Part shown: positions 13,568 to 27,013 of the stretch, piece by piece | Layout of the letters: the number at the start of each line of letters is the position of its first letter | How positions within the stretch are numbered: position 1 is the first letter of the stretch | Assembly (NCBI GenBank): GCA_951406725.2 | Contig: OX597833.1 | Location: 8,804,001-8,868,000, forward strand | Direction: 5' to 3' | Length of the DNA: 64,000 nt | Origin: Octopus vulgaris | Lineage: Eukaryota | Position numbers and translations under genes: made by a program | The notes under the pieces: generated by a model | The model's input: only the letters and a program-made list of their open reading frames with translations | The model's database searches: none | What the model was told of the DNA's origin: nothing

Positions 13568-13975
13568 TAGATAGATAGATATATATATAGAGAGAGAGAA
13601 AGTAATAACGAGTGAATGAGAACCACGGAAGGGTTTAAAAAGCGGGAAAATAATTGAAGATAAAATAAAACGAAATAGGGAGCCAAAACATTAAACATTA
13701 TGGTTAATGTTTACATCGCCCCCTATTATTGAAAGTGGGTAGAAATAAAAAGTAAATTAAAATTTCATTTAACCCCCCACCCCCCACCCCGTTTTCCTAA
13801 AAGTTATGAGGGAAAACCTCGGATCTTGTGAATTTTCCCAGCTCCCCTCCACACACTCCTCTTCCTTTGCGCGCATTTTTTCTCTCATATTCGCTTCCTA
13901 CACATATTTTTACAGCCGTTGCACTATTTTTTTCTTATTTTTGTTTTCGGGTCAAGTTGTACACATTAACCCGTT

Positions 13976-14505
13976 AATCCGTTAATTCTTGGAAAATGTA
14001 ACAAAGTTAACGTTAATCCGTTTACGGTAACTTTTATTGTCAAAGGCATAACTACAGTTTAATACCCCACCGATTTTGTTGCCACGTAACTTCCAGAAAA
14101 GTGGATACTTTTTAACTAAACTTTCACCAAATAATCCTGAAGATTAAGTGTGTGTAATAGATTTGTTTGAAAACATTTCCGAGGGGTTAGAGAGAGGAGT
14201 TTCGGAAAATTCACAGGACCCGACATTTTCCCGTCAACATACAGTTTCACACCTGTAGCATGTCTGTATTAGCTTTAGTTAAAACATGCATTTCTGGACT
14301 TCAAGGTGGGCTCAAGTGACACTGTCAGTTTACAGTTTTACTCAGTCTGTGATTTGGCTGAATTCACTCGCTTCCTCGGACAGTCGTTCTCTGTTATGTC
14401 CGCATTCCATCCAGTTCCTTGACTTCCTCGCTTCACTTTCAAGGGACACCCGGGATGCTGTTTTCTTCCAACGCCGTTTATGATGGCCTTTCTCACACAA
14501 GAACA
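13976..14505 (+). repeat. ~530-bp intronic segment present in inverted orientation at 24142-24671
   Basis: aatccgttaattcttggaaaatg...cacacaagaaca is the reverse complement of 24142-24671. Confidence 0.92.
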
Positions 14506-15444
14506 TTCTTAATGTTTATATCCTGGCCCAGAAATGAAAATCCCCCCAAAGGACTACTGGAATGGGTGTAAAAAAATGTGTAGGAAATGTTGCCAAGCAA
14601 CGTGAGGGTGGGGAGAGGACTTCGGGAAATTCACGAGATCCAGGTTTTTCGCTCGTAACTTTCAGGAAATTGGGAGGGTTTTCTTTCAATGAAATTTTAT
14701 ATATAAATACCTTTCCAACGGCATACATTATGATTGTAAAGTAATTTGAGGGGGAAATCTTGAGGTGGAGAGAGGAATTTCGAAAGTTCCCACGATCCGA
14801 ATAATTCCTCGTTCTAATCCGAAATCACATTCAACTTTCTACAGATACCCTACTATACTACATAGTGTTTATTTCTACCCACTTTCAATAATTTTGAATG
14901 TTTTGGCTTCAATTTTGCACAATTGTTTTCCTTACTCGATGTTCTGAAAACTATACTTTCTACCATTCCACATGCACTCCAATCTCGCACACGTTCACTG
15001 TATATTTCTTAGTTTTCTCCACTTGCATTTTCTCTTTTACTCACTTTCCCTAGATCCTCCTTTTCTTCAGAAACTCTTTAGGTGGGGAATATTGTGAGTG
15101 ACCATTTCCTCCTGTGGTTACTCAAGATTAGAAACCGAATCCACATACCTGTTGCTTGTCACATGGTTGTCTCATCCTTTCTGTTTTATTAAATTGTGTA
15201 AATTGCTGTTTTACACCTTATTTTAGAGATGTCAAAGAACAGACGAGAAAATTTTTGTAGACATTTGAGGATTTGACAGGTGTAAACAATATTGGTTTCA
15301 AACATTGGTACAAGGGAAAAGTCGATTGCATTGACCCCAATGTTCAACTGGTACCTTTTAATCAACCGCAAAAGGATAAAAGGCAAAGTCAACCTTGGTG
15401 GAATACAGGTATAAGTAATATTTCTGCATGAAATCAAATTCGAT

Positions 15445-15810
15445 GACTGGCATCCGTGCTAGTGGGGTGCAAAGAGCACCATCCGTGCTAGTGGGGTGCA
15501 AAGAGCACCATCCGAGTGTGATCGTTGCCAGAGCAGCCAACTGGCTTCCATGCTGGTGGCACGTAAAGGGCACCATCGAGCGTGATCGTTACCAGTGTCG
15601 CCTTACTGGCACCTGTGCCGGTGGCACATAAAAAGCACGCACTACACTCTCGGAGGGGTTGGCGTTAGGAAGGTATCCAGCTGTAGAAACTCTGCCAGAT
15701 CAAGATTGGAACCTGGTGCAGCCATCTGGTTCGCCAGCCCTCAGTCAAAATCGTCCAACCCATGCTAGCATGGAACACGGACGTTAAACGATGATGACGA
15801 TGATGATGAC
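15445..15810 (+). mobile_element. SINE-like repeat with (GAT)n tail
   Basis: Paralog of 2945-3370. Confidence 0.75.
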
Positions 15811-15972
15811 AATTAGAAGAGGCGAAGGGAAACATGTTGTCGTTATCTTCATTGCAGGGAAAAGAAGCAGCAGGTTACATTACAAAAAGAAAAGAGAAGC
15901 AAAGTCTATTCCAGGTGGAGACCATTTCCCTTACCAGAATGTGAACATCTTTTCTTTCAATTACTTTTACTT

Positions 15973-16016
<44 letters not shown>

Positions 16017-16159
16017 CACCTTTACTCCTCCCCACCCCATCTATCTTCCCCTCTCCCCCTCTCATGCCTCTCTAGCAGTTAATCTCACTTGTATAATGAC
16101 AATATTAATACAGTGGGATGTAACACAGGTTTAACATTTTTTTTCTTTTCTTTACCCAG

Positions 16160-18333
16160 GACTCTGATGAAAAAATAAAATTTTACAGGATAAAAGTTGA
16201 AGAATTTCCAAACATGCTGGAAGAATGTTTTAACCTTAAAGTGAATGCACTTAAGGCCAAGTTGCAAAAAGTTGAAAATGCCTTAAGAAATGAGATTTTG
16301 CTTGATTTACAAGAAGAAATTTGCAACCAACATGCTAAAGTCTTCCTCCTTTGGACTTTACATGAGCAAATATTGGCCAAGGAAATCTCCATTGAAATAC
16401 TGGGAAAAGATCCGGATAACTTGTTGGCATTAACAAACCAAGCGTTAATGTTCGTGCATTATGAAAATTTCCCTGAAGTCGATAGAGTGCTGGACAAACT
16501 GAACACTTTAAAAAGCAGCCCCAATTTCCCTTCATTGGAAGCGAGAGGTAAAGCTGAAATTGCCTATTGCATTTCTAGAATATCTTTTCACCATTATCAA
16601 CGTGCCATTGAACTTTTCAAAGAAGCTCTTCAGGTTTGCCCAAACAATTACTTTTGGCTTTTTCGCCTGGCTCTGCTAATTTATCGCAGGATGAGGATAT
16701 TATATGATAAAGAAAAGAGAGAAAAATCTTCAAAGGAAGCTACTGAAATTCTTCAAAGAATTACTTCTAATTATCCTTGTTATGTTAATGATCATCTAAT
16801 GGCTCAAACATTGGTTCTGCTAGGCTCTCTTGAAAATTATCCGTTTCTTCATAAACGTACTCCAAGAACAATTGAATATTTCCAGAGAGCTTGTAGTATG
16901 TTTCCTCAAGACCGATTTGTAATGGAAAAAAGTGCTACTTTCTATAAATCAATAGATAAGTATGAAGATGCACAGAAATTGCTAGAGGAAGCCATTAAAA
17001 GAAATGAGACCTCACTTTCACATCATCATCTTGGTACTATTTATAAAGATAAAATTCCTGAATACAAAGATTTGTGCGTTAAAGAATTACCCTTCTCCAA
17101 TTGTGAAACAGAAGAACTAAAAGAATTAAAAGTAGAAAAACGAATATTAAAATGTCCTGAGAGAATACCTGATATTGAAAGAAATGAAAATGTGGATAAG
17201 GCTGAATACCATTTTAAAAGAGCTTACAGTCTGGATCCTCAGAATATACCTGTCATGTATGACCTAGCCTTGTTATACAGAAGTGTGCGCGAATATGAAA
17301 ATGCGATGAAATGTTTTGAAGATATTGACTTTTCAGTTTTGAACATTTGGGACACAATCAAATACTTCATTCAATATGGAAAATTTTGTTTTTTTCTGGC
17401 TGACAAAAAAGAAAGTGAAGAAGAGAAACAAGATTTAATAGATGTTGGTACGGATATGTTTGTCTGTGCCATCAATCATTTATCTGAGATTCTGGTGCTC
17501 AATAAAAGACAGAAAGAAATTTGGGAAATCAAAAAGATAATGGAAGGAATTTATAACTTTGCTGACACCGAATACAAAAGTAATCTAATGAAATTAATTC
17601 AGTCTATAAAAGAATTGCCTGATGAGGGGGAATTTTCCCAAAACTTCTCAAAGAATGCGGTGGAAATGAACTTTCACAAAAATTACGATTGTTATGCCGA
17701 CAGGAGGAATTTCAACAAGCTTTTCTCCATTTAGAGTTTTCTGGTTGTCAACAAAGTGAAATTGATGTAGACCTGAGGAAAACAATTTATCTTCAATATG
17801 CTAAAGAGTTCTATGGAAAGAGACAGAAGGTAGCTACGATAATTTTCAAAAAATATTACAAACTTTGCTTTGGCCATTCCCAAGAATCTGAACACAAAGC
17901 ATGTACTGTTGGCTCATCAAAGATTCCTTTTTTTCAATATGATGTCTACATTTTAACATCCAAAAGTGATAATGGTGATGCTAAACATCTAGCAGAGAGT
18001 TTGGTGACATATTTTGGATTGCAAACTAGCTACGGAGACTCTGATTTCACTCTAGGAATAGGAAAAATGGTAAATGTTAATAAAGTAATGGAAGACAGCT
18101 GCCATATTGGAATCTTTTATTCCAAGGATATTTTATCTGAAACGAAATATGCCGTGGAAATTATGAAAGATCGAAAACTGAAAACTGGAAAGATTTTTCT
18201 GATAAACAGCAATAACAGTTCTGAGATAGCCAAACATTTACAAAGTTTTCCTAATGTCGACTACAAGAACAAGAACAACATAGAACTGTTAAGACTCTTT
18301 GAATTGCTTTGTTCTTCAGAGAAAGATAGATAG
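16160..18333 (+). pseudogene. TPR-TIR gene copy 2, main coding exon; single -1 frameshift near 17628
   Basis: Acceptor AG at 16158-16159. ORFs 16214-17734 and 17689-18333 match copy 3. Copy 2 reads gatgagggggaatt against gacgagggaggaatt in copy 3. Confidence 0.85.
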
Positions 18334-18791
18334 ATGGATGGATGGAATGGAGGACGGACGGACGGACGGACGGATTGACGAACAGATGGATGGATAGGTG
18401 GATGCATGCATACATATATACATATATACTCTTTTCCCTTGAGTTTTCTCTTGTACTCCATCACTACTAACTTTATTATCTTCTTCCCAGCTACTCACAC
18501 CCTGATATGAGGCAGCCATGTATCTCTTCTATAGCAAAACTCCTGTGCAGGTGGCATATAAAAAGCACCATTTGAGCATGGCTGTTGCCAGTACCGCCAG
18601 ACCGGCCCTTGTGCTGGTGGCACGTAAAAGCACCCACTACACTCTCGGAGTGGTTGGCCTTAGAAAGGGCATCAAGCTGTAGAAACTCTGCCAGATCAGA
18701 TTGGAGCCTGGTGCAACCATCTTGTTTGCCAGTCCTCAGTCAAATCGTTCAACGCATGCTAACATGGAAAGCGGATGTTAAATGATGATGA

Positions 18792-18826
<35 letters not shown>

Positions 18827-18956
18827 TATCTATATATATGTTAGGAATGGCCATAATAGGACATTCAACTCACTAGAAAGAGCAGTTAAACTCCAAACCA
18901 CTAATAGTTGTAATTCTGAAATGGAAAGAGAAATAAAAACGTTTACCCTCTCCTAT

Positions 18957-19031
18957 CTGGACTATGCATAGTTTCGGCAATCTTTAGTAAATAAATTAAA
19001 TTTATTTACAACTGGCGTGCCTCTTCAGCAG
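18957..19031 (-). ncRNA. Hammerhead ribozyme motif, paralog of 6540-6614
   Basis: Identical core and stems. Confidence 0.75.
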
Positions 19032-21431
19032 AAAACTAAGGACTGCCATATAGTCACGAAGCAATAATAACCATGCTTTGAGTCTATATGCTATAACTTT
19101 TCAAAATCCACCATGTGCATCAATGAGTAATATGATACAATATGTAGGGTGTACATTGGTGCGACTAAAAATAGTATGAAACAACGACTAAACTATCATA
19201 GATACACTTTTAAAAATAAAAATAGGATGAATTCTACGGGGTTAAGTACTTATATTTGGGAACTTAAGAGCAAGAATATAGATTTTGACTTAAATTGGAA
19301 AATACTCACTTCCGCACCAGTATATAATAATAGAAATTAAAAATGCTCTTTATTGTTCATCATCAAGGCTGGCCTACCCATTATTAATAATATTAATGAG
19401 CGGAATTAATTTTGCCTTCACAGACTAGCGTATACCTTCTCTAGATTTAAATAGCACCTAGTTTTTATACCAGTAATTTTTTAACATTTTTCTATATCGG
19501 ATTGTGCTCTTGGACATTATAATTTATAATTTTATATCTCCATATATGTGTTCTGTATTGATTGTTTTTGTCTCGGCTTGAAAATATATTGAAATATATA
19601 TGTATATTCTGATATATACATGGTATTTTGATCTTCATGGAGTTTTCCATTGGTGTTGGGTATATTTACTTATATATTTACTTATATATTTACATATATA
19701 TATATTTACTTATATTTTGTGTGTATGTATATGTATATATATGTATATGTTTATGTGTAGGTGTATGTATTAGTCTACGCATACATGTGTATACGTATGT
19801 TGATATATGTGATTGTATATATATATATGTATATATATATATCTTCCTAGTAAGCTTTCCCATGTATTTGTTTGGCAGTTTTATATATTGAGTTCTCTTT
19901 GTATACGTCTAAATTTGTATTTTATTTTATCATTTTTTTAAATTTAATTTTTTTTCTTCTTCTTTATTATTACTATTATTATTATTTTATTTTATTTTAT
20001 TTTTTATTCATTATTTATTATTTATTTTTTTTATCTTTTATTTATATTTTTTTAGTTACAGGCACCTATTAATTTATAATTAATTTAATTTATATCTTAC
20101 ATTTTATATTTAATAACACTTTCTGTATATTGTATATGTGTTTATATGTCCTTCGGTTGTTTGGTTATGAATGTATATATATGCAAAGCTGTGGGCAGAC
20201 TTGTATATCTGTAATTTCGTACGTATATGTGGATATGTCTACATATGTTCATGTGTATATGTATATATATATGCATATGTATATATATATTCATGGGTGG
20301 ATATATGTGTATATGTTTCTTTTTATATATATATCAATACATATATGAGTGTGTATGTATGTATATGCAAATGTTTGCGGATGCAGTGCATGCGAGTGTA
20401 TATATGTATATGGCTGTGTGCGGGGGGGAGGGTATGTATGTTGGTGCAGTTTTCCTATGCCTATGCTTGTTTATTAGGGAAGGTTCGAGTGGGGACACAG
20501 TCGAAATTGTGTTTATCTGGAAGGTTTCACAGCACGATAAATGTTTACGAAATTTGTGGTGTAATTTCAATTATGTATCTTATGCTAATAACGTACTTCG
20601 ACTGAGTATGGGTGTCTGTTTGCATGCATGTATGTATATTTATGGATATATGTGAGTAGTTGTGTATGTAAACATATATGTGTGTATGTAAGCTTGTATT
20701 TCCTGTATTGTGATTTATCCATGTATATATGTGTAAGCGCACATATACGTGTGTACGTCTGTAAGTATTTCTTAACAAACCAACCGTAACGAAGACAATT
20801 GAAATTCAAATGTGCCGCCCAATCGTATTGGGCGTTCGATCTTTAGCTATCTCTGAACTTAATACTTTACACATATCACAGTCAAAATTATGGCTGGCAC
20901 CCGTGTATACGCTTGTGCACCTGTGAAATTTGCTATGATGTAAATTAATGTTTTTCTTTTTTCATTTTTATGGTACTGTATTATTGTTGTTGTTGTTTTT
21001 GCTATTATGTTGCTAACCGCGTGATGCATATATTGTTTTGCTGGTATTAATGTTAATGTTACTAATAATAACAATAATGATATTAGTAGCAATAGTGGCA
21101 ATGATAATGGTAATGATGCTAATATTAATGACATTTTGTAACTTAATATAATGAACTCTTGACTTTGTATATCTGCATTTGAATATGAATATGTGTATGT
21201 TTGTATATTGTAATATTCTAATATATTGTTTTGAACAACTGTAACCTTGAATATAGAACATATGTATGTATATTGCTGTATATTATTATGTATATGTATA
21301 ATCATATATATATAGGAGTATGGGTATATGCACTCATATGTATGTGTATATTATATATTATGGGTATGTACCCACTCTTGTATGGGTGTACCTCCTCTGA
21401 TTTTCATATTTAATTTAGTTTGTACTTCATA

Positions 21432-21558
21432 ATCTCTGAAGAGGCCTTGGGATATTTTTGTAAGTGTCTCATTTATAATCACATATTAACTTATCACACA
21501 TGGCTAATATGAGCATTATGAGATACCCATATCTGCATGGCTGAAACAGCTGTAAGAT
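21432..21558 (+). ncRNA. Hammerhead ribozyme motif, paralog of 9027-9153
   Basis: Same core and stems. Confidence 0.7.
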
Positions 21559-21927
21559 GTACTTTATATTTATATTTATTTATATTTACTTATGCATATT
21601 GTACTTATTGTATAATATTACTCATTGATGTACATTGTTTTGTTCTATACTATTATGTTTGACCTTAATGTTCATATGTAGTGGTTTAATAAATTATGTG
21701 ATTGGGTATTATCTGGTAGTTGATTATTGATTAAGGTGTATTTCTCCATTTTCTTATTTTGTATTATTAATTTGTGGTAAAACATTTTACCTTTGCCCAT
21801 ATAATACAGTAAATAAATTAATTGCATCACAATTCTTAACATTTATGTATTAAGTTTGTTGGGTGCTTTACTGGCAGAATATTGGATATATGTTATCCCA
21901 TGGAGGGTTACACTCACAACCCCTATC

Positions 21928-21987
<60 letters not shown>

Positions 21988-22999
21988 TAGTAAATCCAAA
22001 CAAAGAAGAACAAACAAGAAAAAACAATGATGCGAGGACGTGGTACAAGTCCTGTCTTATCAGACGCTCAGGAAACGAAGGAAAGGGGTTTTAACGTTTC
22101 GAGCCTTGCTCTTCTTCAGAAATAGAAGAAAGAAGGGAAAACACAAGAAGAAAATCACCACCGATACCCACGTGGTTAAGACAGCAGAGTGCAAGAGAAG
22201 GAGACGTGTGTGTGTGTGTGTGCGCAGGTCTGTGTGTGTAATAATAGCACGTGTATGTGTGTGAGTGTGTGTGGTTTTGGTTTATGTGTGTGTGTGTGTG
22301 TGTGTGTGAGAGTGGACTTTGTGTCAATATCGTAGGAAGAATTTATGGTAAGAATATTAGGTCGGAGTTTTTTTGTGTGTGTGTCCCTTCACATGCGCTG
22401 AGGAGAATGATCAGTAGAAAGGTGTTTACCTGGTAGTTTGAAGTATGTGTGTGTCTGTGTGTGTGTGTATATGTATATGTTGTGTGTGTGTTTTGTATGC
22501 TTGTTTATGTGTATGCATTGGGTTGTGTGTGGAGTTGTCTGGAGCAAATGTGCATTACTCTGTGTGTGTGTGTGCATGTATGTATAATTGTGTGCGTGTA
22601 TGTATGAGTGTGTATGGCAGGTATGTGTGGGTTCATTTGTCTATGTGTATGTGCGCGTGGGTGTATGTGTGTGTGTATTTTTTCGTGTGTGTGTGTATGT
22701 ATGTGTGCGTGTATACAGAAATAAAATAAAAAATAAATTATAATAAGGTTGATAGGGGATAAAGAAGAAGAAGTTGATACGATATAAAGTGGAGCAATTA
22801 AAAACAAAAATGAAATAAAGTTGCTTTGTTAGGTCTGTCGTTCTTCGTTATTTCTGTAATAAAAATAGTTTTGAATGATTTCTGTGCGAGTGTATGATAT
22901 GGGTGCGTGTGTATGTGTGTGAGAGAGCAAGAGCGAGAATTTCATTAAAAACTGCCCATTTTCCTGCAAGTTATAATGATTCGTGTGAATTTTCTGAAA

Positions 23000-23415
23000 T
23001 TCCCGGAAAATGTTTTTTCACAAAAAAATCCGACACAATCGGAAATGAAACCAGAAAATGTGTTCACTCAATACGATAAGGTCGTTTGGCATCGTCCAGT
23101 AAATAGGATAAAGGTTGTCAGAAGTTAAAAGTGAAACTACTTTTTAAATTGTTTTGACGACTTGTAACTTCTTTCGAGAAGTTTCCAGCTTTGAAAAACA
23201 CTTCAACACATTCCAGCTGTGAAGAATCTACACAAAACTTAGACTAAACTTCTTCTGTCGTCTAATTTGTAGAATTTATTTCACTGACAGAAACTAAGAA
23301 GGATAAAAAAGAAAGAGAAAGAAACGTTTGAACTGTTTCCCGTTTCATTTCCTTATTTCCTCGCTGTTAACCTGATTCCATCAAAGTCTTTCTTCGCACT
23401 TGTCCGCTTTATAAA
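23000..23415 (+). promoter_or_regulatory. Putative promoter of copy 3 with GAS-like and IRF/ISRE-like motifs and TATA box
   Basis: TTCCCGGAA at 23000-23008, GGAAATGAAACC at 23041, AAAAGTGAAACT at 23127-23138, GAAAGAGAAAGAAAC at 23311-23325, GTTTCCCGTTTCATTTCC from 23335, and TATAAA at ~23410. Confidence 0.5.
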
Positions 23416-23444
23416 TTCTTTCCTGACACAACTTAAGCGACGAG

Positions 23445-23486
23445 ATGGAAACAGAATTCCTTCGACAAATGGTCAACTTGACACTC
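23445..23486 (+). CDS. Predicted coding exon 1 of TPR-TIR copy 3 (METEFLRQMVNLTL)
   Basis: ATG, 14 codons and GTAAGT donor at 23487. Phase 0 is in frame with the exon starting at 36391 (DSDEKIKFYRIKVEEFPN-MLEE...). Confidence 0.7.
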
Positions 23487-23726
23487 GTAAGTATAGAATC
23501 AATCAATCAATCAATCAATTTATATCGGTTATTGTTCACAACTTGTTTACAACTTGACCCGGAAAAGAAAATGAGAAAAAAATACTGGAATGGGTGTAAA
23601 AAACATGTGTAGGAAACGAATATGCGGGCAAAGTAACGGGAAGGTGGGGAGAGGAACTCGGAAAATTCACAAGATCCGAGTTTCTCCTTTTTAACTTTAA
23701 GGAAAATGGGTTTTTTTTCTATGAAA

Positions 23727-24091
23727 TCTCTCTCTCTCTAAAGCTGAAGTTGTTTGGGTGTGGCAGGTTTGGTAGCCTTCAACTAACACTATCTCCTCTG
23801 AGACCAAAATTGAGAGTATGATAGAAGAAGGCTTGCTCTTCCATCCGTAGAAGAAAAAATTCAAATCGGACCATGTTAACACCGAAAGTTATTTACACCG
23901 AAATGGTACTTTTTTTTCTATGAAAATCCCTATTTTTTACGATTTTTTGACTGCTGTGTCACCATTTTTCGGTGTATTTCAACCAGAAAAATGTTCACTC
24001 AAAGAGAATAACAAGCTAAATTTTTACTTTTCAAAAATTCTAATTCTAAAGGGTCGAAACAAACCCGAGCAACGCCGGGCGATACTGCTAG
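23727..24091 (+). mobile_element. Non-autonomous Helitron-like element
   Basis: A|TC 5' end. The 3' end has a GC hairpin cccgagc-aac-gccggg followed by CTAG|T. No TSD. Confidence 0.7.
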
Positions 24092-25595
24092 TATATTATA
24101 TAAACCCTAACCTTTCAAGCTGCCTACATTACGTTACCGATTGTTCTTGTGTGAGAAAGGCCATCATAAACGGCGATGGAAGAATACAGCATGCCGGGTG
24201 TCCCTTGAAAGTGAAGCGAGGAAGTCAAGGAACTGGATGGAATGCGGACATAACAGAGAACGACTGTCCGAGGAAGCGAGTGAATTCAGCCAAATCACAG
24301 ACTGAGTAAAACTGTAAACTGTCAGTGTCGCTTGAGCCCACCTTGAAGTCCAGAAATGCATGTTTTAACTAAAGCTAATACAGACATGCTACAGGTGTGA
24401 AACTGTATGTTGACGGGAAAATGACGGGTCCTGTGAATGTTCCGAAACTCCTCTCTCTAACCCCTCGGAAATGTTTTCAAACAAATCTATTACACACACT
24501 TAATCTTCAGGATTATTTGGTGAAAGTTTAGTTAAAAAGTATGCACTTTTCTGGAAGTTACGAGGCAACAAAATCGGTGGGGTATTAAACTGTAGTTATG
24601 CCTCTGACAATAAAAGTTACCGTAAACGGATTAACGTTAACTTTGTTACATTTTCCAAGAATTAACGGATTGGGTTAGTTTTTAGGATTTGACCCGGGTT
24701 AATGTTTACACCTAACCACTTTTTCATATTCGTTTCCTACACTTTTTTTGACGCCCATATCACTTATTTTTGTCTGATTTTCGTTTCCGGGTCAAGTTGT
24801 ATAAATTTTCTTTTTATATGTTTGTTTTCTTTTACCCAATGTTAAAAAAACGGCTAAAAACTTTCTGAAGCAGCAACCCCGACTAATTTCATCCACGAAC
24901 CACCACTGGTGCCCGGTCACCAAAACAAACAAAAAAAAACCCAGTCTAATAGGTGTACAAAAAACGTGTAGGAAACAAATTATATGGAAACAATAATTTG
25001 TGCAAATGAATAGGGTGTGGGTGGTGGTAGGGCTTTCGGAAAATTCACACAATCCGATTTTTCCCCTCTTAACTTTCAGGGAAACATTTTCCCCCGCAGA
25101 TTTCTTTATAATCGTAATCTATGCCATTTGAAAGGTGCTTCTGTAAGATTTCATCGAAAGATATCCATATTCCGCCCATTGGATGCCTGCTGAGCCCAGG
25201 GTCAACTTCTTTACAATCCTCTGTTGTCCAGCAGCCACTCTCCACACTGCATCTTCTTAACCCACCTTGGGCCCAACATCCATTCTCAGCTTGCCAACCT
25301 GCTGGTATGTATGTGTTTATGCATATGCAAATCCTCCACTCTTAACCCATTAATGCCCACCACCAAAATTTTTGAATTCTTTACTTTGTTATGCTCACAT
25401 GAATCTAGCACAATGTATAAATGATCAAAGCATGGCTTTGATGCCAAATATGGTCAGAAAAATTATTATTCTTTATCTTCAGAAAGTTTTTTGATGCCCA
25501 AATTTATGAAATTATTTTAAATGAATATTTTCATTAAAAAAAAAGGGCATTAATGGATTTTAAAAAGGTACAGATAGGGTGTATGGAAAGACGAG

Positions 25596-25628
<33 letters not shown>

Positions 25629-26976
25629 GTATAAAGATGGCGCTGAACTAACAACAAGTGTGTTAACGTCTCTCTCCTAAACATTAAACAAGTCCTTCCA
25701 GAGATCGATGTTATCAGAAGCGAAATTGTCTGCAAAGCGAATATAAGTGAAAGTACAACAAGTCACTGTATTTGAGAAGAATATTTTCGCTTTTGATATA
25801 GTGTTTTGTAACTAGAACATACTCGCGAATACACGTGTTAAAACGCACGTGTGTTACTTTCCCGAAATTGAAGTGAATTTTATTCTTCGTCTGTGAATCA
25901 ACAAGACACAGGATATTTTCGTTTTTGATGTATATCTGCGTGTTCTGAAAAAAGCCTCTGAAAAATTTGCTGCTTAATACCAAATCGCTTAGGGAAATAC
26001 AGAAAGTATTCCTCAATCTGTTGCACGTGCTAAATCGAAACTCAAATCCCTTTTGTTTACAAAGTGCGCTTGGGGAAAAAAAGGTCTGTCTTGTCTATCT
26101 ATCTTCCTTTCTCATAAAAAGGAATCGCGTAAGTACTCTCTCTCAGCCGGTAAGGTAAGGAAAAAAAAAATATTACTTATTTTGTTATCATTAGTGTTCT
26201 TTCAAACAGAAAATAATAATATATCTATGTGTATGTATATGTGTGTGTTAGAAGTATAGCCGCAATTATTTTTAGAAGACATTGTTTTAGCGACGGACAA
26301 ATGTATATCTTCTTTTCTCTTTTTCTCTGCTTAAATTCTGTAAAATCTCTATGTGTATGTATATGTGTGTGTTAAAAGTATAGTCACAATTAGTTTTTAT
26401 TTTAGAATACATTGTCTGTAGCGACAAATACATATTTTCTTTTCTCTTTTTCTCTGCTTAAATTCTGTAAAATCTCTTGGATTGTTTTCTTTCAGCTATT
26501 TCATTATTATTATTATTGTTTCTTTATATACTCACTTGGTACTACTGTTTATATATGTGCATGTGCACACGTGTGTATATGTGTGTATGTGTATGTATGT
26601 ATACGCGTGTGTGTGTGTGTACAAATAGCTTCGCTTAGAATTCTCCCCTCTCTTTTTCTCTGCTTAAATTCTGTAAAATCTCTATGTGTATGTATATGTG
26701 TGTGTTAAAAGTATAGTCGCAATTAGTTTTTATTTTTTATTTTAGAATACATTGTCTGTAGCGACAAATACATATTTTCTTTTCTCTTTTTCTCTGCTTA
26801 AATTCTGTAAAATCTCTTGGATTGTTTTCTTTCAGCTATTTCATTATTATTATTATTGTTTCTTTATATACTCACTTGATACTACTGTTTATATATGTGC
26901 GTGTGCACACATGTGTATATGTGTATGTATGTATACGCGTGTGTGTGTGTGTACAAATAGCTTCGCTTAGAATTCT

Positions 26977-27013
<37 letters not shown>

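Larger units (their letters stand above)
18840..21935 (+). mobile_element. Paralogous Penelope-like remnant
   Basis: Copy of 6424-9530; the YIGAT motif at 19149 retains the GIY-YIG 'YIG'. Confidence 0.75.

Noticed and set aside
14620-14640. GGGAAATTCAC as an NF-kB site
   Set aside because: Imperfect match and part of a dispersed repeat found many times in both orientations.
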